In this document: piece by piece, positions 1-9,023 of the stretch
How the letters are laid out: every line of letters starts with the position of its first letter
Position numbering within the stretch: the first letter of the stretch is position 1
Program-made: the position numbers and the translations under genes
Assembly (NCBI RefSeq): GCF_900631615.1
Contig: NZ_LR131273.1
Location: 2,302,850 to 2,326,849 of the forward strand
From: Tsukamurella paurometabola
GTDB taxonomy: Bacteria > Actinomycetota > Actinomycetes > Mycobacteriales > Mycobacteriaceae
DNA length: 24,000 bases
Direction of reading: 5' to 3'
The notes under the pieces: generated by a model
Seen by the model: only the letters and a program-made list of their open reading frames with translations
Databases searched by the model: none
What the model was told of the DNA's origin: nothing

Positions 1-501
1 GGCATCGTCCTCAACGGCTACGACCAGGCCGCGACGAAGCGGCGGCGCGCCGAGTTCTCCACCCTGGGGGCGCACGAGGCCGGGCTGCGGCTCGCCGCCG
101 CCGACCGCGTGCTGGAGACGGTCGGCCTGCGCACCCGCGTCTTCGCGGCACCGCGCTGGAACGCGTCCACCGGAGCGGTGCTCGCGCTGCCCGAGGCCGG
201 GTTCCGGCTGAACCTGGGCTACACCGCGATCACCGACCTGGTGACCGGCGAGGAGGAGAAGGCCCGCGTGCTCGGCATCGGCGACGGCTTCCTCTCCGAG
301 CCCTGGTGGTGCCGGGCCCTGCTGGCCCAGGCCAACCGCATCGCACGACGGGGCGGCACCCTCCGTCTCGCGGTCGACGCCCGCCGGCTCGCCTCGTCGA
401 CCGTCTCGCGCACGATGCTCGACGCGGTCGACCTCGCGCTGCACCACGGCGCCGCTCCGGTCGTCTACGAACACCGCGCCCGGGCCCTAGCCGCGGCCTG
501 A
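1..501 (+). CDS. DUF2334 / polysaccharide-deacetylase-like protein, C-terminal part (5' end lies outside the window)
   Basis: Frame 1 is open from base 1 to the TGA at 499-501, and the track ORF 109..501 is in the same frame. GC-rich third positions are typical of local coding DNA. The segment RVFAAPRWNAS...GFRL resembles DUF2334-type proteins from memory only, so the family call is weak. Confidence 0.4.
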   Translation, partial: GIVLNGYDQAATKRRRAEFSTLGAHEAGLRLAAADRVLETVGLRTRVFAAPRWNASTGAVLALPEAGFRLNLGYTAITDLVTGEEEKARVLGIGDGFLSEPWWCRALLAQANRIARRGGTLRLAVDARRLASSTVSRTMLDAVDLALHHGAAPVVYEHRARALAAA

Positions 502-521
502 GCCTCTCGGCCGGGCGGCGG

Positions 522-1886
522 TCAGGCCGTGGGCGCGACCAGTACGGCCCACGCGATGAGCGGTCCGAGCACGACGATGGACATGCCCCACTGCATGAGC
601 CTCCGGAACACCATGTCCCGGAGGTCGGGCTCGGTGTTCGCGACCACCAACGCGCCGTTGGTGGAGAACGGGCTGCAGTCGACGACGGAGCTCGAGATCG
701 CCAGCGCGGCGATCAGCCCGACGGCGCTCACCTGATCGGTGAGCAGGAACGGCACAGCGAGCGGGATGAGTGCGCCGATGATGCCGGTGGTGGAGGCGAA
801 CGCGGAGACCACGGCACCGATGAGGCAGATCAGCAACGCCGCCACCAGTGGCGAGCCGACCTTCGCGACCCCGTCGCCCAGCCAATCGACCACGCCCTCC
901 TTCTGCAGCAGCGCCACGTAGGTGACGATGCCGGCGATGAGCAGCACTGTGCTCCAGCTGATCTTCTCCACCGCGTCCTTCGCCGAATCCGGGAAGGCGA
1001 GGGTGAGGACGACGGCGATCCCGAGCGCGGTGAAGCCGACGTCGAGGTCGAATCCGAGTGCCCCGACGATGAGCGCCACCAGCCCGGCGAGGGTGCCGAT
1101 CCGCTGTGCGTCGAGCCGGGTCGCGTCGTCGGCCCGGCCGTCGGGGTGATCCTCGCCGAGGCGCTGCACCTCGGCTGCGGAGTGCGGTTCCGTCGTCGGC
1201 CGGGCGACCGAGGTGGCGGCGTGTGCGGCGGACTCGGCGGCGGAGCCCAGCGTGGCGAGGGCGTCGGCATCGGCGCCGCGGGCGATCAGTGCGCGCCCGC
1301 CGAAGGCGGCGAAGGCGACGACGGCGATCACGACGCACGCGAGGAAGGTCGATCCGAACAGGAACAGCGGACTGCCGGGCAGGTCGTTGGCGTCGACGAC
1401 GCCGTTGGTGATGGAGCCGAAGATGCCGATGGGGGAGAAGCTTCCGGCCGTGGCGCCCTGCACCACCATCATCCCCATGAGCACGGGGTGGATCCGATAT
1501 CGCGTAGCGAAGCCCGCGGCCACCGGGGCGACGATCGCGACGGCCGCGGGGCTGACCGCGCCGATGGCGGTCACCGTCGCGCACACCGCGAACATCGCCC
1601 ACGGGATCAGCGCCACCCGTCCACGGACCGCGCGCACCGCCCCGTGCACGATCCAGTCGACGGTGCCGTTGTTCTTCGCGAGGGCGAACAGGTAGGTGAC
1701 GCCGACCAGGATCACGAACAGTTCGGCGGGAAAACCTTTGAGGACCTCCTTCGAGTCGACCCCGAACACGGCGAGGCCCACGACGAACGCCGCGACGAGG
1801 GCGAGCGCGCCCATGTTGACGCCGCGGACGGTCGCGATCAGGAAGACGACGACGAGGACGGCGAGCGCGATCACCTCGGGTGACAC
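522..1886 (-). CDS. Ion-transporter-superfamily permease (ArsB/NhaD/SLC13 or citrate-transporter-like), 454 aa
   Basis: The protein is polytopic and hydrophobic, with two hydrophobic halves separated by a hydrophilic Ala/Asp-rich loop (about aa 200-265). GTG start at 1886 is preceded by AGGAGA 8 nt upstream on the minus strand. N- and C-terminal helices resemble SLC13/DASS-type anion permeases. Confidence 0.7.
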   Translation of the reverse strand: MSPEVIALAVLVVVFLIATVRGVNMGALALVAAFVVGLAVFGVDSKEVLKGFPAELFVILVGVTYLFALAKNNGTVDWIVHGAVRAVRGRVALIPWAMFAVCATVTAIGAVSPAAVAIVAPVAAGFATRYRIHPVLMGMMVVQGATAGSFSPIGIFGSITNGVVDANDLPGSPLFLFGSTFLACVVIAVVAFAAFGGRALIARGADADALATLGSAAESAAHAATSVARPTTEPHSAAEVQRLGEDHPDGRADDATRLDAQRIGTLAGLVALIVGALGFDLDVGFTALGIAVVLTLAFPDSAKDAVEKISWSTVLLIAGIVTYVALLQKEGVVDWLGDGVAKVGSPLVAALLICLIGAVVSAFASTTGIIGALIPLAVPFLLTDQVSAVGLIAALAISSSVVDCSPFSTNGALVVANTEPDLRDMVFRRLMQWGMSIVVLGPLIAWAVLVAPTA

Positions 1887-1911
1887 TGTGACGTTCTCCT
1901 TCCGAAGGATG

Positions 1912-1923
1912 TGACCTAGGTCA
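1912..1923. promoter_or_regulatory. Perfect 12-bp palindrome TGACCTAGGTCA upstream of the permease gene (candidate operator)
   Basis: Read directly from the sequence, 26-37 nt upstream of the GTG start at 1886. It extends imperfectly to aTgTGACCTAGGTCAtAt. It sits in the 90-bp gap between the permease start and the MBL hydrolase stop. Confidence 0.3.
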
Positions 1924-1976
1924 TATCACGGAGGGAGGGGGTGTCGGGGCGTGCTGCCCGGATCGGAGGTCGATCG

Positions 1977-2624
1977 TCAGAACTCGCGGGTGTCCTCGGC
2001 ACCCCACGGGACGAACTCGGCACCGTCGGGACGCATGTCCGCGAGCCGGGCGAGGTAGACGTCCGCACCCGCGGCGGAGAGCAATGCGTCGTGGATCGGG
2101 ACGGCGGCGGTGGGCGCGACGGCGCGGAAGAAGTCGACGGTCTCGCTGATCTTCGCCCACGGTGCGTTCACCGGCAGGCCGAGCACCTCGACGCGCACGT
2201 CCTCGGGCACGTACAGCGCGTCGCCGGGGTGGTAGAAGCGGCCGATCCGCTCCTCGTCGCCGAGGAGGACGGACGTGTTGTCGATCGTCGGGATGTCCGG
2301 GTGGATCACGGCGTGCGTGCCGCCGACGCCGCGGGCGATGAGATTGCCGATGCCGTAGTCGTGGCCGGGGAGCGCCGCGATCCAGCGGCCGCCGCGCGCG
2401 GCCGCGGTGGTCGGATCGGCGAACAGCTGTGCCCCGGGGTTGGCGTCGACGAGAGCGTCGATGCGGGCGGGGTCGATGTGATCGGGGTGCTGGTGCGTCA
2501 CGACGATCGCGTCCAGACCGGTGAGCCCCTCGAACCCCTGGGAGAAGGTGCCGGGGTCGAAGAGCACCCGCGTCTCGGACATCTCCACGAGGACGCACGA
2601 ATGGCGGAAGTGGGTGAGTCGCAT
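1977..2624 (-). CDS. MBL-fold metallo-hydrolase, 215 aa
   Basis: HQHPDH (the HxHxDH zinc-binding motif) is followed by conserved His/Asp positions. I chose the ATG at 2624 (MRLTHFRHSCVLVE...) rather than the track start at 2705, because the 27 upstream codons have no family counterpart and would abut purS. Confidence 0.8.
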   Translation of the reverse strand: MRLTHFRHSCVLVEMSETRVLFDPGTFSQGFEGLTGLDAIVVTHQHPDHIDPARIDALVDANPGAQLFADPTTAAARGGRWIAALPGHDYGIGNLIARGVGGTHAVIHPDIPTIDNTSVLLGDEERIGRFYHPGDALYVPEDVRVEVLGLPVNAPWAKISETVDFFRAVAPTAAVPIHDALLSAAGADVYLARLADMRPDGAEFVPWGAEDTREF

Positions 2625-2705
2625 GCGCCCAGTATGCGCCGGTAAACTGACCCGTACAGCGCGATCGACACCCGAGAGCGCGGTCGAATCGAGAGGGAGC
2701 CGCAC

Positions 2706-2945
2706 GTGGCGCGGATTGTGGTGGACGTGATGCCGAAGGCCGAGATCCTGGACCCGCAGGGGAAGGCGATCGTGGGCGCGCTCGACCGCCTGGGCTTCGC
2801 CGGCGTCGCGGATGTGCGGCAGGGCAAGCGGTTCGAGCTCGAGGTCGAGGGCGATCTGAGCGACGACCAGCTCGAGAAGATCGCGGCCGACGTGCTCGCG
2901 AACACGGTCATCGAGGACTTCACCGTCACCCGGGTCGACGCATGA
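2706..2945 (+). CDS. purS: Phosphoribosylformylglycinamidine synthase subunit PurS
   Basis: The 79-aa protein ([18 protein letters not shown]...LANTVIEDF) matches the PurS family closely. GTG start is preceded by GAGAGGGAG. There is a 4-nt ATGA overlap with purQ. Confidence 0.9.
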   Translation: MARIVVDVMPKAEILDPQGKAIVGALDRLGFAGVADVRQGKRFELEVEGDLSDDQLEKIAADVLANTVIEDFTVTRVDA

Positions 2946-3616
2946 CGCGGGTCGGCGTCATCACCTTCCCCGGCACGCTCGACGACGTCGATGCGGCGCG
3001 CGCGGTGGAGCGGGCGGGCGGCGAGGCCGTCGCGCTCTGGCACAAGGACCACGACCTGCAGGGCGTCGACGCCGTCGTCGTGCCGGGCGGCTTCTCCTAC
3101 GGCGACTACCTGCGCGCCGGCGCCATCGCCTCCCTCGCACCGGTGATGACCGAGGTCGTCGAGGCCGCGGGCAAGGGCATGCCGGTGCTCGGCATCTGCA
3201 ACGGCTTCCAGATCCTCTGCGAGGCGGGCCTGCTCCCCGGCGCGCTCGTGCGCAACGAGGGCCTGCACTTCATCTGCCGCGACGAGTGGCTGCGCGTCGA
3301 GGCCACGAACACCGCCTGGACCTCCCGCTACGAGCCGGGTGCCGAGATCCTGGTGCCACTCAAGTCGGGCGAGGGCCGCTACGTTGCCGACGAGCACACC
3401 CTCGACGAGCTCGAGGGCGAGGGGCGCGTGGCCTTCCGCTACGCCGCCGGCAATCCGAACGGCGCCATGCGCGGCATCGCGGGCATCGCCTCGGCCAACG
3501 GCCGCGTCGTGGGCCTCATGCCGCACCCGGAGCACGCCACCGAGGCTCTCACGGGCCCGTCGGACGACGGCCTGGGCATCTTCTACTCCGCGCTGGACGC
3601 GGTCCTGTCGGCCTGA
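2942..3616 (+). CDS. purQ: Phosphoribosylformylglycinamidine synthase I, glutaminase subunit PurQ
   Basis: Class-I glutamine amidotransferase signatures are present: GICNGFQ (nucleophile Cys) and MPHPE (His-Glu). The size and the position after purS both fit. Confidence 0.92.
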   Translation: MTRVGVITFPGTLDDVDAARAVERAGGEAVALWHKDHDLQGVDAVVVPGGFSYGDYLRAGAIASLAPVMTEVVEAAGKGMPVLGICNGFQILCEAGLLPGALVRNEGLHFICRDEWLRVEATNTAWTSRYEPGAEILVPLKSGEGRYVADEHTLDELEGEGRVAFRYAAGNPNGAMRGIAGIASANGRVVGLMPHPEHATEALTGPSDDGLGIFYSALDAVLSA

Positions 3617-4893
3617 TGACGGCCGCCGCCGGAGCGACCGCCGAGGGCCTGTGCGCCTTCGTCGACGCCTCGCCGTCGCCGTTCCACGTCTGTCGGACGG
3701 TGGCCCGCCGCCTCGCCGAGGCCGGGTACACCGAGCTCGTCGAGCACGACGTGTGGCCGGGGCCCGGCAAGTACTTCGTGGTGCGCGGCGGCTCGATCAT
3801 CGCGTTCGATTCCTCGCACTGCGAGCACGGGGATCTGCCGGCGTTCCGCATCGTCGGCGGCCACACCGACAGCCCGAACCTGCGGGTGAAGCAGCACCAC
3901 GACGCGGAGTCGGCGGGTCTCGCCCAGGTGCTCCTGGAGCCCTACGGCGGCGCGTGGCTCAACTCGTGGCTCGACCGCGACCTCGGGATCTCCGGGCGGA
4001 TCGCGGTGCGCGAGGGCGGCCGGGTGGTGCACACGCTGGTGCGCATCGACGAACCGCTGCTGCGCGTGCCCCAGCTGGCGATCCACCTCTCGGAGAACCG
4101 TAAGGGCGTCGAGCTCGATCCGCAGCGGCACCTGCACGCGATCTGGGGCACCTCCGGCGCCGGCGGCTTCCTGGCGCGCGTGGCGGCCGCCGAGGGGTAC
4201 GCCGCCGAGGACGTGCTGGGCTTCGAGCTGATGACGCACGACCTGGCGCCGTCGCGCACCGTCGGCGCCGACGGTGCCCTCGTCTCCGCGCCCCGGCTCG
4301 ACAACCAGGGCACCTGCTACGCGGGCACCGAGGCGCTGCTCGCGACCGCCCCGGTCGACGGGATCGTGCCCGTGCTGGCGCTGTTCGACCACGAGGAGGT
4401 GGGCTCGGGCTCCGATCGCGGTGCCGCGTCCGACTTCCTCATCACGGTCCTGGAGCGGATCGGCCTGTCGCACAGCCTCAGCCGCGAGGACTTCCTGCGC
4501 ACCCTGAGCCTGTCCGCGGTCGCGTCCGGCGACATGGCGCACGCGACGCACCCGAACTACCCCGACCGGCACGAGCCCGCGCACCACATCGCCGTGAACG
4601 GCGGCCCGGTGCTCAAGGTGAACCAGAACCTGCGTTACGCGTCGGACTCCGACGGCGAGGCCCTGTTCGCGCTCGCCGCCGAGCAGGCCGGCGTGCCGTT
4701 GCAGCGGTACGTGCACCGCGCCGACCTGCCCTGCGGGTCGACGATCGGCCCCATCACCGCGGCCCGCACGGGCCTGACGACGGTCGACGTGGGCGCCCCG
4801 CAGCTCGCGATGCACAGCGCGCGTGAGCTCATGGGCTCCGCCGACATCGGGTACTACTCCGCGGCGCTCGCCGCCTTCCTCGCGCCCGCCTGA
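3616..4893 (+). CDS. M18-family (aspartyl) aminopeptidase, 425 aa
   Basis: [20 protein letters not shown] and other M18 blocks are present. I chose the ATG at 3616, which overlaps the purQ stop (TGATG). The upstream part of track ORF 3286..4893 is just the alternate frame of purQ. Confidence 0.85.
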   Translation: MTAAAGATAEGLCAFVDASPSPFHVCRTVARRLAEAGYTELVEHDVWPGPGKYFVVRGGSIIAFDSSHCEHGDLPAFRIVGGHTDSPNLRVKQHHDAESAGLAQVLLEPYGGAWLNSWLDRDLGISGRIAVREGGRVVHTLVRIDEPLLRVPQLAIHLSENRKGVELDPQRHLHAIWGTSGAGGFLARVAAAEGYAAEDVLGFELMTHDLAPSRTVGADGALVSAPRLDNQGTCYAGTEALLATAPVDGIVPVLALFDHEEVGSGSDRGAASDFLITVLERIGLSHSLSREDFLRTLSLSAVASGDMAHATHPNYPDRHEPAHHIAVNGGPVLKVNQNLRYASDSDGEALFALAAEQAGVPLQRYVHRADLPCGSTIGPITAARTGLTTVDVGAPQLAMHSARELMGSADIGYYSAALAAFLAPA

Positions 4894-4903
4894 CCCGGCT
4901 CCA

Positions 4904-5950
4904 TCAGTCCCGGAAGTCCACCAGCACCTTCCCGGACGCGGCGGAGTCGCGGGCGATGGCGAAGGCCTCCACGGCGTCGGCGGCGGGCAGCACGTGGGTC
5001 ACCACGCCGTGCACGTCCAGCGTGCCGTCGGCGAGCGCGGCGATCACGTCGTCGATCTCGTCGTTGAACCGCAGCGCGCCGCGCAGGTCCAGCTCGCGGG
5101 TGATGGCCCGCGCCGCGGGGAAGTCGATGTCGCCCGCCTGCTGCAGCCCGAGCAGCACGACGACGCCGCCGCGCGCCGCCGCGTCGACCGCGGCGTGCAG
5201 GCCGGGCACCGTGCCGGAGGACTCGATCACCACGTCCGCGTGCAGTGCGGCGATCGCGTCGGACTCCCGGGCGTCGAGCGCCGCAGCGGCGCCCAGCGTC
5301 AGCGCGCGCTCCCGGGGACCGGCCGCGATGTCCGTGGCCACGACCTCGGCGGCGCCGTGGTGCAGCGCCACCGCGATCGCGAGCAGCCCGATCGGACCCG
5401 CGCCGATCACCGCGACCCGCTTGCCCGCGACGTCGCCGGCCCGCGCGAGCCCGTGCCAGGCGACCGCGGCGGGCTCGATGAGGGCCGCGTCCCGCGGATC
5501 GATCCCGGCGGGCAGTGCACGCAGCATCCGCGTGGGCAGCGCGACGCGGCGGGCGAAGGCACCGTCGCAGTGCGGGAAGTGGGCAGCCGAACCGAGATAC
5601 GTGGACGCGGGCGCGAGGTTCGGGCGGTCCGCCGGGTACGGCACCCCGTCGACCCCGTGCGGCGTGCCGGGGTGCACGGCGACGGGCGTGCCCGCTGCCG
5701 GCCCGGAACCGTCGGCCGCGGCCCGATCGACGGTGCCCACCACCTCGTGTCCGAGCACCATGGGAGCGCGCAGGATCGACGTGCCGGCGGCGCCGTGCAA
5801 CCAGTAGTGCAGGTCGGAGCCGCAGACGCCGCCGTAGTCGATCGCGATGACGGCCTCATCGTCGGCGGGGACCGGCTCGGGGCGCTCCTCGACGCGGAGG
5901 TCGCTCGCGGCGTGGGCGACGACGGCGAGATTCACGGTGTTCTCCTTCAT
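4904..5950 (-). CDS. idnD: Zn-dependent MDR dehydrogenase, L-idonate 5-dehydrogenase-like, 348 aa
   Basis: GGVCGSDLHYW, MVLGHEVVG, GSAAHFPHCDGAF and the GAGPIG Rossmann motif align by eye along the whole length with E. coli IdnD. ATG start at 5950 (MKENTVNL). The remainder of the 1125-aa track ORF is read-through in a non-coding frame. Confidence 0.75.
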   Translation of the reverse strand: MKENTVNLAVVAHAASDLRVEERPEPVPADDEAVIAIDYGGVCGSDLHYWLHGAAGTSILRAPMVLGHEVVGTVDRAAADGSGPAAGTPVAVHPGTPHGVDGVPYPADRPNLAPASTYLGSAAHFPHCDGAFARRVALPTRMLRALPAGIDPRDAALIEPAAVAWHGLARAGDVAGKRVAVIGAGPIGLLAIAVALHHGAAEVVATDIAAGPRERALTLGAAAALDARESDAIAALHADVVIESSGTVPGLHAAVDAAARGGVVVLLGLQQAGDIDFPAARAITRELDLRGALRFNDEIDDVIAALADGTLDVHGVVTHVLPAADAVEAFAIARDSAASGKVLVDFRD

Positions 5951-6717
5951 ACGACGGCCGTCATGCCGCCGTCGACGTACAGGACCTGTCCGTTGACGAA
6001 CGCGGACGCCTCGGAGGCGAGGAAGACGAGCGGTCCGACCAGGTCCGCGACGTCGCCCCAGCGTGCGGCCGGCGTGCGGCCGGCCACCCACGCGGAGAAC
6101 TCGGCATCGTCCACGAGGGCCTGCGTCAGTTCCGTCGCGAAGTAGCCGGGGGCGATCGCGTTGGCGGTGATGCCGTGCGGCGCGAGCTCGGCGCAGAGCC
6201 CCTTGGTCAGCATGACGATGCCGCCCTTGGTCGCCGCGTAGGGCGTGATGTTCGGGCGGGCGAGCTGCGACTGCACCGAGCCGACGTTGATGATCCGGCC
6301 GCTGCCGCGCGCGATCATGCCCGCCGCGACCCGCTTCGCGAGTAGGAAGGCGCTGGTGAGGTTGGTGGCGATCAGCGCGCTCCAGTCGGCGGCCGGGAAC
6401 TCGGTGAGCGGGTGCCGGATCTGCATGCCCGCGTTGTTCACCAGGATGTCCGGGGTGCCGTGCTCGGCTTCGATCGCGGCGATCGCGGCGTCGACGGCGG
6501 CCTCGTCGGTCACGTCGAAGGCCGTGGCGTGCACGGGGTTCCCGGTCGCGATCTCCCCGGCGACTCGACGGGCCGTGTCCGCGTCGCGGCCGTGGACGAG
6601 GACGGTGGCGCCCGCCGCGGAGAGGCCCTCCGCGAGCCGTCGGCCGATGCCGCGGGTGCTGCCGGTGACGAGCGCGGTGCGGCCCGTCAGGTCGAAGGCG
6701 GAGGTGTCGCTGGGCAT
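5947..6717 (-). CDS. idnO: SDR oxidoreductase, gluconate 5-dehydrogenase-like, 256 aa
   Basis: TGSTRGIG, NNAG and YAATKGG (YxxxK) are present. The C-terminal block RTPAARWGD...FVNGQ..YVDGGM is very close to E. coli IdnO/Gno. Its stop overlaps the start of the idnD-like gene by 4 nt. Confidence 0.85.
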   Translation of the reverse strand: MPSDTSAFDLTGRTALVTGSTRGIGRRLAEGLSAAGATVLVHGRDADTARRVAGEIATGNPVHATAFDVTDEAAVDAAIAAIEAEHGTPDILVNNAGMQIRHPLTEFPAADWSALIATNLTSAFLLAKRVAAGMIARGSGRIINVGSVQSQLARPNITPYAATKGGIVMLTKGLCAELAPHGITANAIAPGYFATELTQALVDDAEFSAWVAGRTPAARWGDVADLVGPLVFLASEASAFVNGQVLYVDGGMTAVV

Positions 6718-6726
6718 GGTGGCCTT

Positions 6727-8187
6727 TCAGTGCGTGGCGGCCGGTGCGGGTGCCGCGGCGGGCGTGGACACGGCGGGGGAGGGGAAGTCGAGAGTGCTCA
6801 GCGCGGCGGTGCCGGGCACGGCGTAGCCCTCCCCGGCCTCCGCGTCCGAGACCTTGACCGCGTCGTCGGTGCGCGTGAGGTCGCGGCCCACCGTCTCGGG
6901 GACGAGGAAGGTGCTCGCGGCGGTGATGGTGCAGAGCGTGACCATGTACAGGCCCAGGACGAGCCAGTTCCCGTCGGTCACCTTGATCAGGTACGCGCCG
7001 AGCACACCGGCCACGCCGCCGGCGAGGACGGCCGAGATCTCGCGGGCCATGGCGACGCCCAGGTAGCGGTGCCGCGCGCCGAACATCTCGGGGATGAGTG
7101 CGCACTGCGGGCCGAGCATCGAGTTGACGCCCACGCCGATGCCGATCGCGATCACCGCGACCGCGACGGCGTGGTTCTGCAGGGTCAGCGCCCACCAGGC
7201 GGGCAGCGCGTAGGCGAGTAGGAACAGCGCCCCGGCGCGGTAGACGATCCGGCGGCCGAACCGGTCGGAGAGGTGCCCGGTGAACGGGACGGAGAACACG
7301 CCGATGAGGGAGCCGAGCGTGACACCCCAGGTGAGCACTCCCTTGTCGGCGCCCGGGCCGGTGACGCTGACGAAGAACGACAGCGCCAGTGCCTGGAACA
7401 TGTACGAGCCGCCGTTCTCCGCCATGCGCAGGCCGATGCCGACGAGCACGCCCGGGAAGCCGTGCCGGAACAATTCGCGCACGGGCTTGTCCGCCACCTG
7501 CTCCTGCTTCTCCAGCTCGACGAAGGTCGGAGTCTCCTGCAGCTTCATCCGGATCGCGACGGCGAGCAGGATCAGCAGGAAGGAGGAGAGGAACGGCACG
7601 CGCCAGCCCCAACTGAGCATGGCGTCCTCGGGCAGCATGCTGATGAGGGTGAACACCAGCGCGGCGAGCAGCGTGCCGGCCTGGATGCCGATGAACGGCA
7701 GCGCGGAGAAGAATCCGCGGCGTTTCACCGGCGCGTACTCGGCCATGAGCACCGTCGAGCCGGCCTGCTCGGCGCCGGCGCCGAAGCCCTGGAGCAGCCG
7801 CAGCGTCACCAGCATGATGGGCGCCCAGATCCCGATCGACTCGTAGGTGGGCAGCAGGCCGATCAGGGTGGAGGCGCCGCCCATCAGCATGATCGTGATG
7901 ACCAGTACCGCCTTGCGGCCGACCTTGTCGCCGAGGCGGCCGAAGAACAGGCCGCCGAACGGCCGGGCTGCGAAGCCGACGCCGAACGTCGCGAAGGCGG
8001 CCACCGTCGCCATCGCCGGATCGCCCTGCGGGAAGAACAGCACGTTGAAGATCAGGGCCGTGGACAGGCCGTACAGCGCGAAGTCGAAGTACTCGAGGGC
8101 GCTGCCGATGCTGGAGGCCAGGGTCGCGCGCTTGAGGTTCGCGGCGTACTCGGGGTCCTGCGCGGGCGAGGTGGTGGTGGTCGACAA
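6727..8187 (-). CDS. MFS transporter, metabolite:H+ symporter (MHS) family, 486 aa
   Basis: N-terminal EYFDFALYG and GGLFFGRLGDKVGRK are MHS signatures. The protein has a roughly 12-TM profile. It lies 9 nt upstream of the idnO-like gene, in the same orientation. Confidence 0.85.
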   Translation of the reverse strand: MSTTTTSPAQDPEYAANLKRATLASSIGSALEYFDFALYGLSTALIFNVLFFPQGDPAMATVAAFATFGVGFAARPFGGLFFGRLGDKVGRKAVLVITIMLMGGASTLIGLLPTYESIGIWAPIMLVTLRLLQGFGAGAEQAGSTVLMAEYAPVKRRGFFSALPFIGIQAGTLLAALVFTLISMLPEDAMLSWGWRVPFLSSFLLILLAVAIRMKLQETPTFVELEKQEQVADKPVRELFRHGFPGVLVGIGLRMAENGGSYMFQALALSFFVSVTGPGADKGVLTWGVTLGSLIGVFSVPFTGHLSDRFGRRIVYRAGALFLLAYALPAWWALTLQNHAVAVAVIAIGIGVGVNSMLGPQCALIPEMFGARHRYLGVAMAREISAVLAGGVAGVLGAYLIKVTDGNWLVLGLYMVTLCTITAASTFLVPETVGRDLTRTDDAVKVSDAEAGEGYAVPGTAALSTLDFPSPAVSTPAAAPAPAATH

Positions 8188-8295
8188 CGGCGTCTCCTTC
8201 GAACCATCGGCTCGTGACCGGCGTCACATCCGATGCCTCGACGCTAACACTGGATCGAACGGTGTACAACCAGCTGAACAAACTCGGGGATTGCG

Positions 8296-8966
8296 ACTAC
8301 CTTCTAGTCGCGATCAGCAGCGCGGTGATCGGCGCGAAGCGGTGGGCCGATCGCTACCGCGTGTAGGGCGTGACGGGGATGGAGGACAGGTCCGGCCGTC
8401 TCCATCGTGCCCAGGGCAGACGAGCCGCTGGCGCGAACGCCGGGGCATCGCGCTCCGGTTTCACCGGCGGTGAGGCCCGACGCGGATCTGCGTCTGCCGC
8501 GTTCGACCGTCGCGGCGGTACTGCGCCCCTGCCGGATGCCGCTGCTCCGGCACCTCGATCAAGCCACCGGACTACTCGTTCGGGCGCCTCGGCCGACCGC
8601 TACGAGCACAGCGCCCCAGGTGATCTCATATCCACGCTGACATCAAGAAGCTCGGAAGGATCCCGGACGGAGGAGGGCGCCGCGAGCTCGGTCGAACCGG
8701 CGGCAATCGTTACAACAAGAAGCATGGTCGCGGCTACAGGTACCTGCACCACGCGGTCGACGATCACACTCGACTGGCCTACCGCACTCTCGGCGCCGAG
8801 TGTGCTGCGCCGAGCTCTACCCGGGCGACGAGGCCCGCGCCGATCTACCCGGCCTGGCTGAATTACTACGATCACCACCGACCATATTTCCGGCATTGGC
8901 GGCCAGACCCCGATCGAACGGCTACGCGTTCACAACGTCCCCAGCCTCAACAACGAGTCGACGTGA
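8296..8966 (+). pseudogene. IS481-family transposase relic (N-terminally truncated, multiply frameshifted, catalytic core deleted)
   Basis: Pieces of an IS481-type transposase can be read across alternating frames. These are AKRWADRYRV*GVTGMEDRSGRLH (in-frame TAG at 8364-8366), LPRSTVAAVLRPCRMPLLRHLDQATG, RYEHSAPGDLI, HADIKKLGRIPDGGG...GYRYLHHAVDDHTRLAY, WLNYYDHHRP and GIGGQTPIERLRVHNV...*. The frame order is 0,1,0,2,0. The TDNG and NGKxERF blocks (second Asp and Glu of the DDE triad) are absent. Confidence 0.7.
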
Positions 8967-9023
8967 GCACCGAACACCGCCCGACAGGTGTCCCACAACC
9001 GACCCTTTCTGGGACAGTGCCGC

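Noticed and set aside
4904-8281. A 1125-aa minus-strand ORF spanning three genes
   Set aside because: Only its last 348 codons (4904-5950) look like a real protein, the IdnD-like dehydrogenase. The upstream 777 codons are Arg/Pro/Gly-rich out-of-frame read-through across the SDR and MFS genes, which lie in another frame. This is a typical high-GC artefact.
8989-9016. A 7-bp inverted repeat TGTCCCA-N14-TGGGACA just downstream of the porin stop and after the IS relic
   Set aside because: It could be a weak terminator for the porin or a leftover IS end. The stem is short, the loop is long (14 nt) and no U-tract follows, so the support is insufficient.
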